From: the human T2T-CHM13v2.0 reference genome, Homo sapiens
DNA length: 64,000 bases
NCBI RefSeq assembly: GCF_009914755.1
Contig: NC_060932.1
Direction: 5' to 3' (one strand)
Shown here: positions 1 through 13,281 of the stretch, one piece after another
Position numbering within the stretch: the stretch's first letter is position 1
Layout of the letters: each line of letters opens with the position of its first letter
Made by a program: the position numbers and the translations under genes
Notes under the pieces: generated by a model
Seen by the model: only the letters and a program-made list of their open reading frames with translations
Databases searched by the model: none
Told to the model about the DNA's origin: nothing

Positions 1-1054
1 CACTCAGAAGTCTCAGGGACTGTCAAACATCTCAGTTCTTGGATATAGGTCAGCATTGAAGAGCTATGATTCTCCATCATGGTGTTTTCAATCAGGACTT
101 CCTTCATTACACCTGGACGTTTACGTTTCCCCATTATACAGTTCACGTATCTTCTTAGTGATCTGCTATGTACTTCAGATGTAGAGACTCCATGATAAAC
201 CAGCCACCAACAAACACCCTCCACAGTCATCTCCTGTTCTGTTAGGATAACGACACTAATGGTTCACACTACCGCCTTGTCTCTATTACTCTGGAATTTC
301 ATCATCTTCAGTATTATAATAGAAGAATCTCTCATCTAATTACTGTGAGAAGACATTTCATATAGAATCGTCGTTATTTTTAACAGTTTTTAGTGATGTG
401 TTTCTCAGTACCTTGATGAAGGGCATGTTCTGTTTCCTCTAAAGGTATATAGTTCAGAAGTTGGTAAACAGGTAACGCATGATAAATGAAATCTTATATA
501 TCACTAAGCATATGCACTTGTTCTTCTGCATATGAAGACATCTCTGTCATCTCAAACTCATTAAGGCATGTTGAACTGATCATATAAATAGCAGCACTGT
601 TCTCATTTGGTCAAAGTAAAATGTTAAATTTAGGATCTTGGTCAATCGCGCAATGCTAGTAACTTAAGCCATGTCTAAAATTATGTTTCTCCTTCTTTTG
701 CGTGTGCAGCCATAATCCATTCTTATATATATTCCATAAATGTCTATGAAAAGACATTAGCAAAGACTTGAAATTTGTTGATGCACATTCTTTTTTATTC
801 CAGGTTAGATTTTCTCTTTGCCCCCACTGTGAATGCTGGGATCTATCTCTAGTTATAAATTTAAAGAAAATGAGAGTAGCAGAGGAATCATTGCAAGCAA
901 TGAACATAAATTGTGTGAGGTGACCACATTCTTCATTTAGAGATGATGTAGGAATTACTTTCTAGTTGGAACCTGACAAGGGGACTCAACGCTGTTTTAA
1001 CAATTTCTACAGCTGATTCTGATACATGCTGTTTGAAAACTACTTCTTGAAAGC

Positions 1055-1231
1055 CCTGAGCCTCAAATGCGGTCTCACATTGGATTCAACTAGGCAGTTA
1101 AAAAAAATACTCATAGATCTCAGCCCCAGAGTTTTAAATGTAATTGATAGTGAGGCTGACCTGATCTGGACATCAAGAGTTTGAATGGCTTTCTGGGCGA
1201 TTTCAACTTGCAAAAAAATGTGAAAACCTCT
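1055..1231. mobile_element. MER5A1-like hAT-Charlie MITE (degenerate)
   Basis: CACATTGGATTCAACTAGGCAGTTAAAAAAAATACT...CCCCAGAGTTTTAAATGTAATTG...TGAAAACCTCTG follows the recalled MER5A1 consensus. Confidence 0.6.
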
Positions 1232-1880
1232 GCTATGGAGTTCAGTGGGGCTGTTTGTTTGTTGGTTACTCATTTTTTTTCACTTCTTTGCTGATAGGAG
1301 TAAAAAATAATGAAATATCTCAAATAAAGGAGAATTTTTTATAGCACCTATACAATGAAACAAAGACAAATCAAACACCTTGAGCTTCTACTGGACAAAA
1401 ATAGCATTAGAACAGTTTCTAATGGATACTGACTGTGGAGGAGATTTCAGAGAAGGACACAGTTCTAGGAAGCACAGCTGCAGTACTGCGTAGATGTTTT
1501 TCTTATGCCATGATTAATTCATTTTTGCCGTTCCCCCTGGCTGTGTTCCATTCTCCCTTATTCTGAGTTATCTTCCTTACTGTCTACCTTTTATATGTTT
1601 TCTTTGCCTCACAGTTTATTTCTACGATTCATCATATCAGCGATTTACTATGGCTCCCTCTCTGTTTTAGTTTCTGAACTTAACCGTCCTATTTGATTTC
1701 TGTTTCTCTCTTCAAACTCCCACATGACGGGATCCATCCGATTAGGCTAGTTTGTCGTTTCGTACAAGATCAATCATTGGTCACTGATATTTCTGTATAT
1801 TAACTGTCCTTGCATCAGATTCATACCCTTCTTCTTGGTGTGTTTTGTGGAGGACTAGAATGTATGATTTAAAATATGGC

Positions 1881-2236
1881 TGATATGGTTTAGCTTTGCG
1901 TCCCCATCCAAATCTCATCTTGCCCCAGGCATTAAGGGAGGAACCTGGTAGAAATGATTGGACTATGGGGGCGGTTTCCCTCATGCTGTTCTCATGAGAG
2001 TGAGTGAATTCTCACAAGGTCTGATGGTTTTATAAATGGTAGTTTTTCCTGCTCTCTCACACGCTCACTCTGGCCTGCTGCCACACCTTAAGTGTGTCTG
2101 CTTCCCCTTCCTCCATGAATGTGTTTCCTGAGGCCTCTCCAGCCATGCAGAACTGTGATTCCATTACAACTCTTTTCTTTATAAATTACCCAGTCTCAAG
2201 CAGTTCTTTATAATAGTATGAAAATGGACTGATCCA
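1881..2236 (+). mobile_element. THE1 (THE1D-like) MaLR solo LTR
   Basis: Starts TGATATGGTTTAGCTTTGCGTCCCCATCCAAATCTCATCTTG. Contains CCTGAGGCCTCTCCAGCCATG and TTTATAAATTACCCAGTCTC. Ends AATGGACTGATCCA. Confidence 0.9.
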
Positions 2237-2412
2237 ATCACCAACTAGAGATGTCCCTTTAGATGGGATCTAAATGAAACTTCTTCACATAGGATGATGA
2301 GAATGGCAGATCCCTGACCAGTAAATACATCTAGTACGAAGCAGCCTTTTCTCCTCTATTCCTTATTTACTATGAAAATTACAAAGGTGGTTACAATGAA
2401 GAGCCTATGATC

Positions 2413-2543
2413 AAGCCTGGCACCAAGGTATATGCCTGTAGACCCAGCTAATGGGGAGACTGAGGTGGAGAATCTTTTGAGCCTGGAAGTTTCAGTCCAG
2501 CCTATGCAATATAGGGAGAGCTTATCTCTAAAAATAAAATTAA
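2413..2543 (+). mobile_element. FLAM/FAM-type fossil Alu monomer
   Basis: A single divergent Alu arm (GCCTGTAGACCCAGCTA...GAGCCTGGAAGTTTCAGTCCAGCCT...TCTCTAAAAA) with an A tail. Confidence 0.75.
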
Positions 2544-2684
2544 ACAGTTTTTTTTTTAAATAAAGAATAAGTGTGAGATACTTCAAAGAAGGGTCTAACT
2601 TATGTGAGATTTGTCTATACACTATAATTTTGAATGAAGACTCAATAATGACTCCAACATTTCTGTCCTAAAAAAACTAAAATG

Positions 2685-2997
2685 GGCCAGGTGTGGCAAC
2701 TCATGCCTGTAATTTCAGCACTGTGGGAGACTGCAGCGGGTAGATCACCTAAGGTCAGGAGTTCAAGACCAGCCTGGCCAACAGGGAGAAACCCCGTCTC
2801 TACTAAAAATACAAAATTAGTGAGGCATCTTGTTGGACCCCTGTAATCCTAGCTACTCAGGAGGCTGAAGCAGGAGAATTGCTTGAACCTAGGAGGTGAA
2901 GTTTGCAGAGAGCCGAGATCACGCCACTGTGCTCCAGCCTGGGAAACAGAGCAAGACTCCATCTCAAAAACAAACAAACAAACAACAACAACAACAA
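2685..2997 (+). mobile_element. AluS (Sx/Sq-like), full length
   Basis: Dimeric Alu with an A-rich linker and a (CAAA)/(CAA) tail. Approximate TSD AACTAAAA(A)T. Confidence 0.95.
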
Positions 2998-3124
2998 CTA
3001 AAAATCCATTGAAATGTGCCCTCTAAGTATTTGGAAATAGAGAACATTAAATGACAGAACATAACATACCTCTAGAGAGATATATGACATTTAGGGAAGG
3101 ACTCTATTATAGATACTAATTTAA

Positions 3125-3830
3125 CTCATTCAGCATTTATTAAAGGTTTGCTATGTGTAAGAACTTCAGCAGTCGTGTAAGATTATAGCAAGCCTCCTCA
3201 GAGTTCATGCTGAAATAGTAGAATATTTGAATATCTGCACAGTTTAACACATAAAAGAATATGACAGATTCTATGACAGAAATATAAATAAGTGAGGCAG
3301 TATTGAAAACTAAAAACAACATATTTCTGTTTAGAAAATTGGGGAAAAACTCAGAAAGCTTTTGGTTTAGACTGCAAGATGAATAAGACTACAATGGAAA
3401 GAGAGAGAAGTAATTTAGGTGGACATGACAATATGAGCAAAGTCAAGAGATAGGATACCCATGGAATTTTCTGGGTAGAATAAAAACTTTAACTAGGCTA
3501 GAAAAAGTGTATTACGGAACGGATAGGAATGCAAATAGGAAAATCATGCTCGGACTATAGTACACAGCTTTCACTGACATGAAAAATAATTTATTATGTA
3601 AACAAAATAAGGAAGCATGAAAAGATTCTTGGCAGGATGGGATATAATCAGAAGTGCCTTTAGAATGTCGAGACACTGTGTGGGAGAGTTTGAATGAGGA
3701 AGCAGTGAAGCCAGGTAGGAAGATGAGCTAGAAATGATGGCACCATTTATATGGAAATAGGAAACTTTAATGCCTGTGCACATCATCAGGGTTGGATAAT
3801 ACGGCCTGGAGAGTTTCTGTTCAGGATTGA
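3125..3830 (-). mobile_element. L2 LINE remnant (3' region)
   Basis: CATTCAGCATTTATTAAAGGTTTGCTATGTG resembles the reverse complement of the L2 3' end, followed by purine-rich L2-like sequence. Confidence 0.5.
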
Positions 3831-5656
3831 TAGTTTAAAAATTGGACAGTTCAGGAAGGAAGGCAACACAGAAAGAAGATTAAAACTATTATACAGACAG
3901 AATCATGAAATCCAGCTCCTAAGTAGGGATGCAGTTTTTTTTTTTTCTCTTAAAATATTTAAAACTCCATCTCTACTGGTCATCCAGCATTACTTATATT
4001 GAGGATGCAGATTCCAGGGCTTTTTATAAACAGAGGAAGAATCAGTGCTCATATCTGAAAATAGGATTGATGACTTTCATTACAGTAATTCAGAGCAAGC
4101 CTCAAGGAACCAGACATACACTCTCAACGGCTGCAAGAACTCTCCCTCAGCTATTCCAGCACTTCATGCCATCGGCAGCTTCCAGCTACTCAATTTTGTT
4201 TGGTCAATAATTGAGAACAGCAGACAATCATTATTAGCAAATAAGTTGATGTCCAAAACTTGTATTTGCTCATCTTTTCAAATCATTTTTTTCCTAACTA
4301 TGCATTATTTAACAGAAGCAACTGAGTCCCACTTGGACAAATTTCCGACATTATTTATCAAGAAGTTTTGGCTTTCAATATCACAGATGTATCCTGCACC
4401 ATATAAACAGTGCTTCAGAATACAAATGTATTATATCAAATGTTCCCCGCTAAGTAAGCCTCAGGAGCTGCAACGCACCATGCGAAGCTGATGACATCCT
4501 TCTTCCTCCCCAACTTGTGTTTTACGTGTTCTCCACCTAATTTCTGATTGGACAGCACAAACATCTAACAAATCCAATTCACAAATCTGGAAGCATTGCT
4601 GATTTCTCTTTATGCTTAAGTTACTGCACCCAATCAGGTAAGTCCTATACATTTTATTTTTCTAAATTAAAAAAAAACCCTCTTACACCATTTCCCATAC
4701 ATTTGCATTTCCATTACTTATTTCAGATTTTTATTTCTCATTAAGTAAATTATCTCCTGGAGTTCAAAATTGTATCAACTTTACCTTATATTTTCTCCTG
4801 ACAAAATAATAATTAAAAAATATAAAATAAATTATGTTGCATCCTAGCAAATAATAATATCAAAGAATAATTCGTTTTTGATATATGGTAAAGGGCAGCA
4901 ATCAAATTGCATGCAGTCATTTTCTGCATTTTTTTTGGCTTCACTTATTATTTATACAGCTCCACTATTCTGATTATACAAAAGTAATTTCACTTCTTGA
5001 GTAAACACTGCTCTTTCAGATCTATTCTTTTCACATATTATATACGATTTTCTGTAAACAATTAAAACATATATACATAATAGCATTATCAGTATTAATA
5101 GTATTTATTGTTAGATGATTATAAATTCATATGTGTTTTCTATTTGGGTTGTTTATTTTTCTGTTAAGTTTTCAGAAGAACTTAATAGTTCTTTGCCAGA
5201 TATGTGCTTTCATACTCCAAATATTGTATTTTCATTCCATTACCATGGCAAAACTTTTGAATTTTAATGAAATTTACTTTGTCTTTTGCTTTTCTTTTAT
5301 CTATTGTCTTTTTGGTGTCAGATCTAAGAACTACTTACTTAGCTCTAGGACCTGAATATTTTCTATGTTTTATTTTTTTCCTGAAAGTTTCCATAGTTTT
5401 ATATTTTAAATTTAAATTTATGATCCATTTTTAGTTAACTTTTAAGGAGATGTGAGACTTTGATAACTTTGATAATAAATGTCTGCTCGTTCAATCAGTA
5501 TTTGTTGAAAACACCATATTTCCTCAGTTGAATTGCTTTTGCACTGAGTCCAACATCTGTTTGGTACATTTTTGTAGGTTTATTTCTAGTTCTCTGTTCT
5601 TTTCCATTGAAATACGTGTTTATCCCTTGATCGATACAACATTACCTTGATTGCTA

Positions 5657-5840
5657 TAGATTATAATATATATTATATCATATATATTATAATATATATT
5701 ATAATAGATTATAATACATATTATATCACATATATTATAATATATATTATAATAGATTATAATACATATTATATCATATAGATTAGAATATATATTATAA
5801 TAGATTACAATATATATTATATCATATATATTATAATAGA
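5657..5840. repeat. AT-rich minisatellite, 48-bp unit, about 3.8 copies
   Basis: The TAGATT anchor recurs at 5657, 5705, 5753 and 5801. Unit is approximately TAGATTATAATATATATTATATCATATATATTATAATATATATTATAA. Confidence 0.95.
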
Positions 5841-6557
5841 TCTTGAAATCAGGTAGACTGATTCTTGCTACTTTATTCTTTTTTTAAGTTGTTTTATATA
5901 TGATAATTCCTTTGATTTTCTATAAACGTTTTAGAACCATTTAAGCTAATGTCCAAAACCATCTTGCTGGATTTTGATAAAATTATGTTAAACATGTATA
6001 TCAGTTTTTAGGTAATTGACATCTTTACTATGTCTTGGATTTTCACTCCACGAACATGATATGACTCCATTTATGCAGATCCTTTTTTATTTCCCTCATC
6101 AGACATGGGCACTTGGAGCACTCAAGTCTTGTGGATGTTTTGTTAGAAATACACCTTGATTTTTTTTCTTAGCAGTTACAAATGGCACTGTATTTTCAAT
6201 TTTTGTCTTCATATGTTAATTGCTATTATACAGAAGGGCAACTGGTTTGTGTATCTTTATCTTGTATGTTGGAAACTTGCAGAACTCACTTATTAGTTTC
6301 AGTGTGTGTGTGTGAGTGTGTGTATGAATTGCTTGCGATTATCTACTCGTGAAATCATGCCATTTGCGAACAAGTACAGTTTTATTCCTTCCATTTCAAT
6401 CTGTATACATTTATTTTCATTGTTTGCCTTCCTGCACCGGCTAAAACTTCCAGCACTATGTGGAACAAAAATGATGAGAGGGGACATCTTGGCCCTGTTT
6501 CCAATATTAGGGGAAAAACATTCCGTCATTCATTATCAAGTATGAAACTTGCTGTAT

Positions 6558-6599
<42 letters not shown>
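6558..6599. repeat. (TG)n microsatellite
   Basis: About 20 TG units with one interruption. A shorter (TG)n lies at about 6303-6323. Confidence 0.95.
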
Positions 6600-7230
6600 A
6601 GATGCACTTTTTCAAGATGAGAAAGTTGTCTTCTATTCCTATCTCTTCTGAGAATTTTCATCATAAAAACAGGTTCAATTTGTCAAAGGCTATTTTTGCA
6701 TTGATTATATGATTATTTGAGTTACCTTTTTAGCCTTTAGCCTATTAATGTGGTGGATTGCATTATTTGATTTTTGAATACACAACCAATCTTGAATGGC
6801 TGAAATAAACTCCAGTTTGTAATGATGTTTAATTTATTGCATATAATGGCAGTTTCTATTGGCTAATACTTTGTTAAGAATGTTTACATCTATATTTGAA
6901 AAATATATTTATCTCCTGTGTTCTTTTTTTCTTGTTTTTTTGTACTACATTTGTCTGGTTTTGGTTTCAGCGTAACGATAGTTTCACAACATGGATTGGA
7001 AATAATTAACTAGTATATTTTCTGGAAGAGATTGTATAGAATGAGTGCTATATTTTCTTTAAGTTCCTGATAGAATTCTCTAGTGAAATGATACTGCTGA
7101 CAGATATATTTCTCAAATTTTTTAAAATTTAAAATTCAAAATTCTTAATAAATATGAGATACTTATATGGAATGAGTTGTAGTTTTTTAAAATTAGGTCT
7201 TTTAACTTAAATTTTGAAATTTACATGTAG

Positions 7231-7547
<317 letters not shown>

Positions 7548-9544
7548 CCAATTACAGTATTCTTTTATTTTGTCTTTGATGTCTGCAGTCTGTGTGACAT
7601 GCCCTGTTTCATTTATGATGTTGGTAGTTTTTGTCTTCTCTCTATTTTTCTTTGTCAGTTTTGCTAAACATGTTTTAGTTTTATTGATTTTTTTTTTCAA
7701 AGAACTGGTGTTATTTTATTTTCTTTATGGTTTTCTTTTTTCTTTTATTGATTTTTACTTTTATATTTATTCCTTCCTTCTTCTGTTTCCTTTGAGTTTA
7801 TTTTGCTCTTCATTTTTATGTTACTGACGTAGGAATTTAGATTATTAATTTGAAATTTGTCTTCTTTTGTAGTATATGCATTTAGTGCTATAAAGTTCTC
7901 CCTCTGCACTGCTTTAGTACAATTTTTGACATCTTTTATTTTCATTTTCACTCAGTTCAATGTATTTTCTATTTCCCTTAAGGTTTTCTCAGTCTTGGAT
8001 TATTTTGAAGTGTGTTGTTTACTTCCCAAGGGTTTGGCAATTTTTCTTTTCGTTATTGTTTTCTTTTTGTTATAGATTTATTCCGTTGTAGTTAGAGAAC
8101 ATACTTACTCTAACTGCAATGACTTTAAATTTGTTCATGAATATTTTATGACCTAGGATATGGTATATCTTCTTAGCTATTTTATGGACATCTTAAAAGA
8201 ATGTTTCGTCTGCTGTTCTTGGGTGACATGTTTTATAAATGTCTAATAGATCCTTTGGTCTGTGGTGGTAAGTTCTTCTATATCCTTATTGATTTTATGT
8301 CTAATTTCATCAATTGTTGAGAGAAGAGGGTTGAATTCTCCATAGATTTGTCTATCTCTCTTAATTAAATTTTTGTTTCACATATATTTCAGCTTTTTTG
8401 TTTGGCACATGCACATTTGGGATTGCTCTGTTTTCTTGGCAGATTTACCCTTTGGTCATATGTTTCTCCTTGCATCTGGTAATTTTTCTTTGCTCTGGAG
8501 TCTTTATTTGATATTGATATAGTCATTCCTGCTTTCTTTTTATTAATATTTGTATGACATAAATTTTCCTTCCTTTTACTTTCAGCCTTCAAATATTTGA
8601 ATTCAGTTTCTTGTTGACATTTGGGTCATGTTTGTTGCTGTTTTTTTGTTTTGCTTTGTTTTTTGTAAATTTCACTCTGCCATCTCTGTTTTTAATTAGT
8701 ATATTTAGAGTGCTTATATTTAATGTAATTATTGATATCTTAGGGTTTATATTTGCCATTTTATTTTTCTTTTCTTTTTTTACCTCTGTTTCTTATTTCT
8801 CTTTTTATAATCCTGCTTTCCTGTGGATTACTTGAATATACTTTTAAATTCCATTATAATTTATCTATAGTGTTTTATATGTATTTCTTTGTAGGCTTTT
8901 TTTAGTAGTTGTTCTTCATATTACATTATAGATAACTTATTGCCATCTATTGGCATCTGATCATACCATTGTCTGTGAAGTGAAAAACACTTACCTTCTT
9001 GCAGATTCTTTTGGTCTTTTTTATTTAGAAGATAATTATCTTAAATATTTCATCTTTATATATTTAGTTATATAATCTTTGCTTCAACCATTAGGTATGA
9101 TTTAGAAATCTCAAAAGAAGAAGAAACCTACTGTGTTTCCCCATAGTTAAACTCACTCTGATCTTCTTTTCTTCCTGATCTTCCGAGATATCCTCTTTTA
9201 TTGTTTTCTTTCTGTTTAGAGATGTTTCTTTAACTGTTCTCTTAGGATAAGTGTTTTGGTTACAAATCTCAGAACTCTTAGGGTTTTTGTTTCTTTCTTT
9301 TTTTTTTTTTTTAGTTTTGTTTTAAACGTGAAGATTTCTTGATTTCCCCTTCATTCTTAAAGGATATTTTCATGATAGAATTCTGAATGGACTGCCCCCC
9401 TGCCTACTTTTTTTTTTTTGCTATACTTGAACAATATTATGCCACTTATCCTGGAACTTCACAGATTTTTATGAGAAATCTACTCTCATTTGAATTCCCA
9501 TTTTTCTATCATTGCCTCTAAGATTTTTTTAATCCAATAAAAAA

Positions 9545-10020
9545 TACAAAGTTTTAGCAAAAACATGGTAAATTCCAGCAAGAAATAGAAGATACAAATT
9601 TGTTTTTATTAGGAGTTATTATATATTTATGGCATGTTCATCCTGACTAGGGAAATCGCAAATCCTCCTTTAATATCCATCAGCCATCAAAATTATTTAA
9701 TATATAAAACAAAATTATTTAAGATATAAAAGACAATCACATGGATATTTTCAAATTATAAATATGATAACTGAAATAAAAAATCTAAAGGAGGGCTCAA
9801 AAGCAAAATGTAGGTGATAGTGAGAAGAAGCAAAGAACTTGAAAACATAAAAATTACCCAGTATGATCAACAGAGAGAAAATAAACCAGAAAAAAACCAA
9901 CAGAACTTGAGGGACCATGGAGACTGTAACGAAGATCTAACATGGGTACTACCAGCATCCAGGAAAGAGAGAAGAAAATTGTGGGTCTGAAAGAAATACT
10001 CAAAGAAATAATGGCTGAGT
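9545..10020 (+). mobile_element. L1M ORF1 fragment, inverted relative to the adjacent L1
   Basis: A-rich ORF1 coiled-coil-like sequence ending CTCAAAGAAATAATGGCTGAG (LKEIMAE, an ORF1p motif). Confidence 0.8.
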
Positions 10021-10049
10021 GACTAAAGTTTAAATAACAGATCGTCTGA

Positions 10050-10380
10050 CTAGTGTTGACTTAAACAATAATAACATTTCTTTCTCTTGCATAAAAATGT
10101 AGAGTTAAGCATTGTCAGTGCTGTGCATGTCTCAATGACACTGGAGAGCCTGCTCAGCACCTTGGCAGTTCTCTGCGCTCTTGCTCTTTGGTTACAGGAT
10201 GTCTGCTATGCTTTTAGGCATTATATCTTTACATCAGCATCTTGGACTCTTAGGAAGGACTGAACAGAAAAGGGGAAATTTCCATTTATCAGAGAGAAAA
10301 CATTTTCTAAAATAGCCTTTCATCAGATTTTAACTAACAACTCTTCTAGCATGCAAGAAAGTGGTCAAACAATAATTTAC
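10050..10380. mobile_element. Ancient LTR remnant (MLT1J/K- or LTR33-like)
   Basis: GACTTAAACAATAATAACATTTCTTTCTC...GGTTACAGGATGTCTGCT motifs, highly diverged. Confidence 0.4.
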
Positions 10381-10696
10381 TTATTCATTTTTAGTTTATC
10401 GTTAGTATTTATTATTTATATTTATTATCATTATATAATAATTTATTATTATATAATATAATAGTATTATTTATTATTATTATTATTATTATTTTTAGTT
10501 TATTATGGAAGGTAACCAAAGAGACTGATTTAGATATGGGTTTGAATAGCACACATGAATAAATTGCAATCCTAATGATGCTACACTTTTATATTTTCAT
10601 TTAGCAATTTCTCTTCTTGAAGATAATACATTAAGATCTAGTGTGTGGGTTTTGGACAAATTCATAATGAATTTCTGAAACGTAAGAACATATTTC

Positions 10697-10910
10697 TAAC
10701 ATTTGTGGAAGGACTATGGGCCAGACGATGTTCAATCTAAGGGATTAAGATACAGTAGTTCACTTATCTTTGAGAAGAATGAGTTATCATTTTCATTTTT
10801 AGATAAGGTAATTGAGGCTAAGTGATGTTCATTAATGGATCAAATGTTGCAGACCACATTAATGGAGAAGTCATATGTTGGACAGATCCAATTTCAAAGG
10901 CACTTTTATT
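10697..10910 (-). mobile_element. MIR SINE remnant
   Basis: Core CATTTTTAGATAAGGTAATTGAGGCT corresponds to MIR CCCATTTTACAGATGAGGAAACTGAGGC. Confidence 0.6.
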
Positions 10911-12110
10911 CTGTTTCATTCATTTTGCCCCTGGAGTCCAGCACAGCACCTGCAGCATAGTAAGCCTTGATACAATTAGGGAATCAGCAGAAATGGCAAA
11001 AAAGTCAGGCATGAGTTTGAGGGAAGGTCAAAGAGCAGAATGAATGCAGAAACACTTACTGTTGTTTATCATATTCTATTATCCTGTTTGCTGCTTCAGT
11101 TCCTGTCATTGCAATCCTGTCTTTCCTACGTTATATATTCTAAGATAATTTTATCATGTGGCTCAGCCAATTCAAAATGGTCTTCGCATTTTAAAAATCT
11201 CCTCTTTGTCCATACAGTTAATAAGTGCAAGGATAATTTAAAGATTATTCCTGGCTGGTAGATTTTCAGCTAGAGATAAGGGGTGAGTGTGGTTTTACAT
11301 TGTTATTTTTATTTTTAGAGTGCTTTCAGTCTCAATCCAATCCTAACTTCTAACCCAACTGCTTTTCCACAAAACCTGAGTGGTTTTAGTTTTCAGTTTG
11401 GATGACAGTCAGTCAGCTGGCACTGGTTTTAAAGCCCTGTCAAACCTCAATCTAATGATAGATCATCACAAGGGGAGTGGAATCATTTTCTTTTCTATAT
11501 TAGAATTTTTATTAGCAGTCACTATATTTTAAATTAATAAAATAGTGAGTCACTTTATATTTAATTTTAATATGTTTATATTAGAAGTTGTATATTTATA
11601 GCATGACCATCCTGAGTATAGAAATCAGAAAACTTCCTTTAATAACCATCAACCATGAAAATCATTTAAGAATAACTTTTTTCCATTTATTTGGAAAAAA
11701 GTCTGACTTTACAGCAAAACATAATTTTCTCTCCCTTTTGACTACTGAGCCTCAGTTTCATTCCATTTGACTTGTGCATACACTTTCCAAGGATTCTGAG
11801 ATGCCGAGAAGGACCACTATCTCAATGTATAATGTTTTAATGACTATTTGGAGGCTCAGACACCTCTGAATTGACAAAGACAGAACAAGTGTCTTTCCCC
11901 TTCAGTACCTCATTGAACTAGTAGCTCTGTGTTTTATTCTCGCCTTACCTTTTAAAACATTTGATTTTAGCTAAGATCAGATTTATTTACCAGGAAACCT
12001 TTATAAGAGCTCCCTTTCTGCTACGTGCAAATGTGTTAATGTTTATTCATTACATGGCAATGTGCCTATGGTTTTCCTTTAGTCCTTCTTAGGCTGTGGC
12101 ACATCACCTC

Positions 12111-13011
12111 AGTAAACCAAAAATTAAATGCTAAGCCCCCCAGCCAACAGAACGGAGCCCTCCTGTCAGCCGAGGGCATTCCAAAAGAAACCTAAGAAAC
12201 TAGTTCAGGCCATGATGGGAAGCGAGAGTTGGACATGCCTCATTATCCCCTCCTCCCTCTGACATTCAGGCACAACTGACCAGCATTAACACTAAACCAG
12301 AAATATTAAGACTGACAAAATGGACTCTTTGTAGCAATAAGATGCCAAATTCCAACCTGACTCTAGTATAGAATCATGACATCAGGCCCTGAAAGAAATC
12401 AAAGTATTTTACCCCAAAATAGATTTCTTTGACATATTTAGAAATGGTCTTGCAAAGCTGCTTCTTGTGGGGGACATTTACATTCTATAGAGAATTCTTA
12501 TCCATTTCCAGGTCTTTTCCTGATCCAGGAGACAATTAACTAAAAGTCTTGCACCTATAGGGTCTGATAGACATTTATCAGATATTTATCAAATAGATGA
12601 CATTTATCATCTATTCTCTCTGAAGCCTGCTACCTGGAGGCTTCATCTACATAACAAAAGCATTGGCTTCCACAACCCTTCCAATCTTCTACTAGCATTT
12701 CTTTCTGCTGACTTCAACTCTTCAGGGAGAGCTTAACCACTTCAACCAATTACCAGTCAGAAAATAATTAAATCTACCTATGATCTGGAAGCGTTCTGCA
12801 AGTTGTCCTGCCTTTCTGTTCCAAATCAACATAAACCTTACATGTGGTGACTGATATCTGCCTGTAACCTCTGTCCCCCTAAGCTGTAACCCAACCACCT
12901 TGGGCACATGTTCTCAGGACCTCCTGAGACTATGCCTTGGAACTTGGTCACTCATGTTTAGCTCAAGATAAGCCTCCTTAATATTTTAGAGTTTGACTCT
13001 CTTCAACAACA
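12111..13011 (+). mobile_element. MER4D/MER4D1 ERV1 solo LTR
   Basis: Starts GTAAACCAAAAATTAAATGCTAAGCCCCCCAGCC, contains AAACTAGTTCAGGCCATGATGGGAAG, ends GAGTTTGACTCTCTTCAACAACA. About 900 bp. Flanks CCTC/TCTC. Confidence 0.85.
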
Positions 13012-13281
13012 TCTCCATTCCTCAGAGCATATATTGTCCTGAGTTGAAGCTATCCCCTAATTGATGGGAAACTTCCTCATTTGCTCTTTCTCTCCCTGCG
13101 CCCGACTCTCTTCCCCTTCATGGAGTTAGTGCTTCTTTTGAATACCACACTTATCTAGAGATATGCATTCATTCTCTTGAAAGTTTTTCTTCTTCATTCC
13201 TCTTCTATCTTCTTCTCAGTTCCCTATTTCTTCCTTTTAGGGTCTTCTTTCCTATTCATTTCTTCTATTAGAAAATGAAAC

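Noticed and set aside
4045-4491. 148-aa ORF in unique sequence
   Set aside because: It has a non-ATG start, no recognisable domain or exon signals, and a length compatible with chance.
5657-5840. CRISPR-like regular periodicity
   Set aside because: Units are contiguous tandem copies without unique spacers, there are no cas genes, and the context is eukaryotic.
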